A stretch of 64,000 nucleotides of DNA from NCBI RefSeq assembly GCF_009914755.1, contig NC_060939.1; one strand, 5' to 3'. The position numbers were made by a program, and so were the translations under genes. A model generated the notes under the pieces. That model searched no databases, had not been told where the DNA came from, and worked only from the letters and a program-made list of their open reading frames with translations. Below, one piece after another: positions 58,861-64,000 of this stretch (position 1 is the stretch's first letter; the number at the start of each line of letters is the position of its first letter). The DNA is from the human T2T-CHM13v2.0 reference genome, Homo sapiens.

Positions 58861-58875
58861 GACGCTAACTCTTGT

Positions 58876-59595
58876 ATGTCCGTATCTCTTGGTTTGGGCT
58901 GCCCTAAAAGCAGACCCTGAAAAAATAATATGGGTGCAAATAGATTATTTGTGAGGATGTAGAGAAGAGAAACAGGGAAGGGAGAAAACTCAATCAAGGA
59001 TGTGTTAAAGAACAGGTTACGGGCCAGGCGCGCCCAGCACTTTGGGAGGCTGAGGTGAGTGGAGCACTTGAGGTCAGGAGTTCGAGACCAGACTGGCCAA
59101 CATGGTGAAACCCCATCTCTACTAAAAATACAAAAATTAGCCAGGAGTGGTGGCCTGTGCCTGTAATCCAAGCTACTCAGCTGGCTGAGGCAGGAGAATC
59201 GCTTGAACATGGAAGGCAGAGGTTGCAGTGAGCTGAGATAGTGCCTCTGTACTCCAGCCTGGGCGACAGAGTGAGTAAGATTCAGTCTCAAAAACAAAAC
59301 AAAACAAACAAACAAACAAACAAAAAACAGGTTAGGGCTTAGGATCCTGTGAGAACTGTACAGAATATACTCAGAATTGTACTACTGAACATTAGGGAAG
59401 TGGGGGTATTATCTACCAATTTATTGTTTGTATTATCTACCAATTTATTAACGCCACTACTGGAGGTGTTAAACTCCTCTGCACTCTAGCAAATAGCTCC
59501 TTGTCCAGAGAACGTCCTGAGGCAGAGAAATACAGAAAGCCATTGGCAGATGACCACGTGAACCAAAGGCACCAATAACATCTGGTATACCACAT
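58876..59595. mobile_element. ERVL-type LTR (LTR33-like) interrupted by an Alu
   Basis: ggtttgggctgccctaaaagcagaccctga...gtgcaaatagattatttg resembles an LTR33-type terminus. Confidence 0.5.
59022..59327 (+). mobile_element. AluS with small 5' deletion and (CAAA)n tail; TSD aacaggtta
   Basis: ggccaggcgcg joins cccagcactttgg. Confidence 0.92.
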
Positions 59596-61682
59596 AATGT
59601 ACATATCATACCGTTTTTCTCAACTGATTTTTTTCCTTCCACTTGTCTTGGATTCTGCCTATGGAAGCCTTTTTTGACCTCCTCTGTAAGTGCTTTACTT
59701 CCTTTTCTGTGCAAATTCTCTTCTGCTATAACTATTACTTTATAAGTCTGACCCCACACTAGACTCTTGGCTCCCTGAGGGCAGTATCTTTAGTACCTAC
59801 CTAACTTGGTGTTTGGCACAGGACAGATGCTCAGTGTCTTCAGGACAAGAGCATGACTGTGTGCATTAAAGAGAAGATCCTGTTTCCATGTTCCATATGT
59901 AATTGAGAAAATTTTCAAAGAAATGAAATATATGCTTCTACATCCTGAATAATATAAAGTCAAGCAGAAGGAGTATCAAGCTAGAAATCTCAGGACCTCA
60001 TTCAAGTCAGTTTGGCTCAGTTGTTTTTCCTACAAAAAACAAGTGACAGTGAATGACCCTTAGGTTTCTTTTAAATTCCATAGATTTCAAGTGACTGAAT
60101 CTGCGTGTAAGTGACAGCTGAAGCCCACAGACTGTAAAACAATCACATACGGAAATGCTTATATTTGTGATATTGATCTGGATTCGAGAAAATACAGGTG
60201 ACACAGACTTGAGATGCTGGCAGGTTTGTAATGTAATGAACACAGGGAAACTGTGTTCAAAAAGAGAGAGGGTCAGCACAGGTCTCCTGCCTGAGAGGAC
60301 ACCTCCATGGAGGGGCCTGGCCAATGCACAGGAACTAGCTGGGCAGCATGGTGGCCTCCAAGCTGGCAGGTGCCACTGTTCCAGATGGACAGTGTTTGGT
60401 ATGCCAACCTCTGTGTACTATGGTACTACCTGATCCTACGTAGGTCACAGACCTACAAAAAGTCACTTCCTGAGCTCTCACTGAAGGTAGGCTTGGTCTA
60501 CATTTCTTGATGGGAAGAGACTAACTTGAAACACTGAACACAGGCATGCTTGGCTTCCCTGACTTCTCTAGACAGTCTTAATTTTATTAGAACGTGACTG
60601 GTGGTGAGGGACTGGGTAAGAGTAAGGAAGGATAGGTGGGCTTAGGGGTCCTATGTATAATGAACTAAAAAATGTTGAGGATGTTCATTTTAGAATATAG
60701 TTTCCCCCTCTTAAAATGTTCTGAATATAGTCACTGGTATTCTGTGAACACTGAATATAGATGGATAATATTTCCTTAAGAAGCTAGACTTTAGAAGCTT
60801 AGACTGGACAAATTCCTAAAAATACAAAACACATAATTAAAAAATAGGTAATACATATGTGCTGTTTAGAATTAATTATAAGAAAATTATTTGATTGAAC
60901 ATCCTCGATATGCCTAAGGGATATGTCATATTCCTATCAGAAAAATGGAGGCACTATTATCAACGATTCTTACTTGGTGAGGGATGGGTTGGGGAGAAGA
61001 CAAGAAGACCCAGAGGGTTACTTGTGTCCTTCCTAGAGAATTATTGTTTTTGAGGACAGTCCGCAGGGTGGGATGGGGTAGGATGGAGTAGGATGGGGTA
61101 GGGTAGTCTAAACAGCCAACCAGGCCAGTAGTAGTCCCTGGCACACTGGCTTTCACTATGCCCATGGGTCACGTGTGACTTCAGGGACCTATTGTTTTAG
61201 ATGGCTCCCTTCCCTTATTCATGGAAGTACTCTGGAAGAAGGGACAGAGGGAAAATAAACCTAGCAGCCTATAACTGAAAGCACATGAATGACGGTAATG
61301 AGCACTTTCAGGCTGTACTGTGTAGGGCTGACGGCTTGGCTTGGTCTGGTCTAGGCTTTGTTTCCTTCGATGACTGAAGGAGAATCACTGGACTCCTCTG
61401 GATCTCAGTGGAAGAGGGACTGGATGACCTCTTAGGTCTCTTCTAGCAATGATAGTCAAATTTATGACACCAACAAGAAAAAAAGACTGGTGAGAGTGTG
61501 TGGCCCAGAAAAATGAGAAATTAATATACATCTCAATATAGAAAGCCAATGATGGGGAAAGAACAAAGAGGAAAGATGGCCAAGATGACCACTTGAATTC
61601 CTATGAAATGACCCTAGAATGGGCAAAATTCAAGAGATGTTCCAAAAGTTGAGTCTAGATTGAGATCAAGTAGATGCCTTAC

Positions 61683-61838
61683 CTTCCAGTGACAGCAAAG
61701 CACAGTGTACACATTGCATGTAAGAGTCCTGCGGCATGCTGCAGAAATATGGCCATCTTGGGATTCTCATCCACTGGGCCTTGCACCGAGAGGAAGCAGG
61801 CACACAGTTTGTCAATCAGACCCATGTTCACCACGTAG
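61683..61838 (-). CDS. SCAPER: SCAPER coding exon (sixth from last), 156 nt, phase 2/2: (S)YVVNMGLIDKLCACFLSVQGPVDENPKMAIFLQHAAGLLHAMCTLCFAVTG(R)
   Basis: Acceptor TTTCTCCCCCATATCTAG|CTAC and donor GGAAG|GTAAGG on the minus strand; peptide in ORF 61679..61861; phase joins the next exon (AG|G = Arg). Confidence 0.95.
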
Positions 61839-62267
61839 CTAGATATGGGGGAGAAATGCATGTTATCAATCTGAATAGGCCAGCAACATCTTCACCTTCA
61901 ATGATAAATGCTACCATACACAGGCTTGGACCCCTCAAACATGCAGACACAACACAAGTTTGAGTAAAGCATCTCAAGTAACAATTTCCTTAGATTTACT
62001 CCTGAATAATCAGCTCTTTCTGTAAGTATTTTTTTCTCTCTTCTTTCTTTTGGTTATTTGAATATTATTTTTCAAGAAAAAAATGAATGACAATGATTAT
62101 CTAGTCATTCTTACTGGTCTAAAGAGTCTAACAACAAGTGAAATGATTTATAATGACCTTTATGCTCTTAAAAACTGTTCCTTTTTAAAGTACTAGGTAG
62201 CCCCAATGCAAGGATTTAGAAGATACAGTACAATGATTCAACTCAGACACTCTTGTTACAACTTACA

Positions 62268-62575
62268 CTTTTTTTTTTTTTTTTTTTTTTTAGAGACAGC
62301 GTCTCACTCTGTCACCTGGCTGGAGTGCAGAGACATGATCATAGCTCACTACAACTCTAACCTACTGGGCTCAAGAGATCCTCCTGCCTCAGTCTCGCAA
62401 GTAGTTGGGACTACATGCGTGTACCACCATGTGCAGTTAATTTTTTTTTTTTATTTGTAGAAATGGGGTTTTGCTATAGCTGCCCAGGCTCTTCTTGAAC
62501 TTCTGGCCTGATGCGATCCTCCTGCCTCGGCCTCCTAAAGTGCTACAATTACAGGCATGGGCCACCATGCCTGGC
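62268..62575 (-). mobile_element. AluJ; TSD tacaactta
   Basis: J-type dimer. Confidence 0.92.
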
Positions 62576-63356
62576 TACAACTTAAACTTCTAAAGCCAGT
62601 TGTAGGTTCTCTGTTTTTAAAGACTCTGTCACCATTAACAGCATAACAAACAGTGAGAATCTAATTGCTTTTACTGAAAAGTACCAGTCCTGAGGGTTGA
62701 CAACAACATTTAAGAAATCATTTCCATCTTTTCAGTACAAAACAGTTTTCTAGAGCTGTTTGTAAACTGGACTGACAACAGTAACTCTTTTATTAATCCA
62801 CAGAGCAGCAATCATTGAAAAGAATATTTTAAAACTATAAAAGACCTTGTAGATAAATCAACCTTGGCCTAGAAATTCAATGCTACTGCACTGACATGTA
62901 TGAGAAGGGTAGGACTGCAAATATAGCAGTTCTGCAAATCAACATGTTAACTTTCAGAGATATACACAAAGGAATTGAGGTTTTGGTGTGTAAGTGCACT
63001 ACAGTCCCCACTATTCATTTACCAACACAGGTTTTTGTAAAAGGAAGGATAAACTGATGAATAATTCATGTCTGGAGCCATTCCAAATTTACTATGTTGA
63101 AGGTACAAAATAGTGCCTCCTTTCATCTTTTACATTAGACTATGTATCTACCTGGGCTACTGAGCACTCCTACAGTTTTAAAATTGGGAAGTATGAAATG
63201 ACGACCACCAGACCTCTTCTAGTAAAGGAAATTGATAGACTGATATATGTACACACTGAGAATCTTATTACAATCTGATTGAACAAAATTAGACTTTTAA
63301 AAACTGGCTTTTACATTTGCACAGAACTCTTCAATTTAGAAAGTGTTTTGTCTGTA

Positions 63357-63649
63357 GCCAGACACGGTGGATCACACCTGTAATCCCAGGACTTTAGGAG
63401 GCTGAGGCAGGTGGATCACTTGAGGTCAGGAGTTCCAGACCAGCCTGGCCAATATGGTGAAACCCTGTCTCTACTAAAAATACAAAAATTAGCCAGGCAT
63501 GGTGGCTGGAACCTGTAGTCCCAGTTACTTAGGAGGCTGAGGCAGGAGAATCGCTTGAACCCGGGAAGTCGAAGTTGCAGTAAGCCAAGATCATGCCATT
63601 GTACTCCAGCCTGGGCAACAAAGTGAGACTCCATCTCAAGAAAAAAAAA
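63357..63649 (+). mobile_element. AluS
   Basis: Full dimer. Confidence 0.93.
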
Positions 63650-63660
63650 TCAAGTGTTTT

Positions 63661-63772
63661 GACTGGGTAAAGTAGCTTACGCTTGTAATCCCCACACTTT
63701 GGGAGGCTGAGGCAGGAGGATTGCTTGAGCCCAGAAGTTTGAGACTGGCCTGGGCAACATAGTGAGACCCTG

Positions 63773-63806
<34 letters not shown>

Positions 63807-63820
63807 CAAACAAAATAAAA
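63661..63820 (+). mobile_element. Alu left monomer (FLAM-like) with (CA)n tail
   Basis: cgcttgtaatcc...gagaccctgtctac(ac)n. Confidence 0.85.
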
Positions 63821-64000
63821 GAAAGTGTTTTATCTTAATCATCCCAATGAATTATCCCAAGAACACCATTAGGGAGCAGACTGTAAAAGCTTTTGTTTTT
63901 ATCTGCCCAGCACATTCTCCTCTCCTATTTCATATGGTCCTGGGGGCATTGTTAAAGATGCTACCTGCTTGCTAATGCAGGAGTGAGCATGTGCTTCAGG

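Noticed and set aside
59406-59449. 20-bp tandem duplication gtattatctaccaatttatt (similar small one at ~13511-13537)
   Set aside because: Ordinary local slippage duplication inside or near decayed repeats

Overview
Human (primate) genomic DNA holding the 3' end of SCAPER on the minus strand. Six coding exons (61683-61838, 38534-38771, 33319-33468, 11112-11303, 8401-8452, 5796-5899) splice by GT-AG with compatible phases into the recognisable C-terminus ...YVVNMGLIDKLCAC...QAWEEARQFFLKKEKK*. A 3'UTR with several tandem poly(A) signals follows. From recall (not visible here) this is 15q24.3, starting just downstream of the convergently transcribed LIM-homeobox gene ISL2. Two CpG islands and several homeodomain-motif-dense, repeat-poor intronic blocks fit the known Islet-Scaper genomic regulatory block. 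The rest is about 25 Alus, two L1 fragments, L2/MIR/L3 relics, MaLR/ERVL LTRs and microsatellites. I see no evidence of a wholly new coding system. The best leads are: candidate ISL2 enhancers; a retroposed pre-tRNA-Lys(CTT) with leader, trailer, poly(A) and target-site duplication (TSD); a strong unused-looking upstream acceptor that would create an NMD isoform; twin miR-139-5p/Pumilio sites in the 3'UTR; a ~95-bp L2-derived inverted duplication; an unexplained exact 27-bp direct repeat; and a solo poly(A) retro-insertion. Repeat subfamily calls and boundaries are by eye and approximate.
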